Shown in pieces: positions 34,314-34,776 of a DNA stretch of 34,776 bases. Under the pieces are notes generated by a model. The model saw only the letters and a list, made by a program, of their open reading frames with translations. It did no database searches and was not told the DNA's origin. The stretch lies in the IMG/VR virus record IMGVR_UViG_3300012952_000057, positions 1-34,776 of that record. One strand, written 5' to 3'. Both the position numbers and the translations under genes were made by a program. The stretch is from a virus. Taxonomy: Duplodnaviria > Caudoviricetes. Position 1 is the first letter of the stretch. Each line of letters begins with the position of its first letter.

Positions 34314-34469
34314 ATGCATCCAGACGAACTGGCAAACTGGCAAATCATCAAAGAGAAATTTGAGGAAAATGGCACAACAGACAACTACTTTTACAAGCGA
34401 GCTTGTGCTATAGTAAGCGGGCAACCGGACCCGATGAGTAATTTACCTAATGTCTCACAGGATGGATGA
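34314..34469 (+). CDS. Small hypothetical protein (51 aa, MHPDELANWQIIKEKFEENGTTDNYFYKRACAIVSGQPDPM...)
   Basis: Preceded by the late-promoter-like ATTAAATA (34279-34286); overlaps the next ORF. Not in the ORF track. Confidence 0.7.
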   Translation: MHPDELANWQIIKEKFEENGTTDNYFYKRACAIVSGQPDPMSNLPNVSQDG

Positions 34470-34632
34470 GATCAAACCTGAGCACTACATAACCGAACAA
34501 CAGTGCCAGGAAATGATCGACAAAGCAATAGACAAACACAATAAAACTGCTACACTTATTAGTGCGATCCTTGGTGGAATTGTTCTGGCATTTTATTGTC
34601 ATGGAGTCCTGTCATTAGTTGGTCGTGCTTAA
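34450..34632 (+). CDS. Small membrane protein (60 aa)
   Basis: CQEMIDKAIDKHN followed by hydrophobic LISAILGGIVLAFY. Confidence 0.7.
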   Translation: MSHRMDEIKPEHYITEQQCQEMIDKAIDKHNKTATLISAILGGIVLAFYCHGVLSLVGRA

Positions 34633-34675
34633 TATCTAAAGATATATAAAGAAGAACCTCTAAGAGGTACTGCAC

Positions 34676-34776
34676 ATGAGAACAGTTAACACCTTTGTTC
34701 TAAATTTTACAATTTCGATCATCGACTATCTCTACAGAGGTAGACATTTCCAACGTTTTTGGGTGCTTGAGGAGAT
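34676..34776 (+). CDS. ptox: Plastoquinol terminal oxidase (PTOX), 5' fragment
   Basis: MRTVNTFVLNFTISIIDYLYRGRHFQRFWVLEE(I) matches the PTOX N-terminal RFWVLE(E/T)IAR region; SD GAGG upstream. Truncated by the window end. Confidence 0.85.
   Translation, partial: MRTVNTFVLNFTISIIDYLYRGRHFQRFWVLEE

Noticed and set aside
1-34776. CRISPR array, transposase, integrase or long tandem DNA repeats
   Set aside because: No regularly spaced repeats or mobile-element motifs were seen by eye; a self dot-plot would be needed to exclude short dispersed repeats.

Overview
A 34.8-kb, entirely plus-strand segment of a T4-like cyanophage (marine cyanomyovirus; a Synechococcus-type host is inferred from the tRNA set). 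It carries the core replication/recombination module: the 3' end of gp47, gp46, gp45, gp44, gp62, regA, gp43, uvsX, gp41, gp61, nrdA and nrdB. Typical cyanophage accessory genes are interspersed: a sulfotransferase, a HExxH/vWA protein with a CobS-like AAA+ ATPase, a DenV-like glycosylase, speD, a Dam-like methyltransferase, hsp20, a 2OG-Fe(II) oxygenase, mazG, a HIGH-motif nucleotidyltransferase, a GIY-YIG nuclease and the start of PTOX. There are six tRNAs without encoded CCA. The most interesting unexplained signals are four. (1) A late-promoter block (22.4-26.1 kb) in which a nucleotidyltransferase with a T4-type capsid-targeting leader precedes a 634-aa apparent polyprotein of short basic modules separated by prohead-protease-like hydrophobic-x-Glu sites. 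(2) Three paralogous Sm-like small proteins together with at least two ORF-less late-promoter/terminator units that look like small RNAs. (3) A compact H-type pseudoknot ending in ACCA and an ACC-repeat/anti-SD hairpin flanking tRNA-Arg. (4) A recurrent promoter architecture, AA(C/G)TGNCAC-N30/31-(-10 box), with a hairpin over the -35 position. All product calls come from motif recognition by eye; no database search or folding computation was run.
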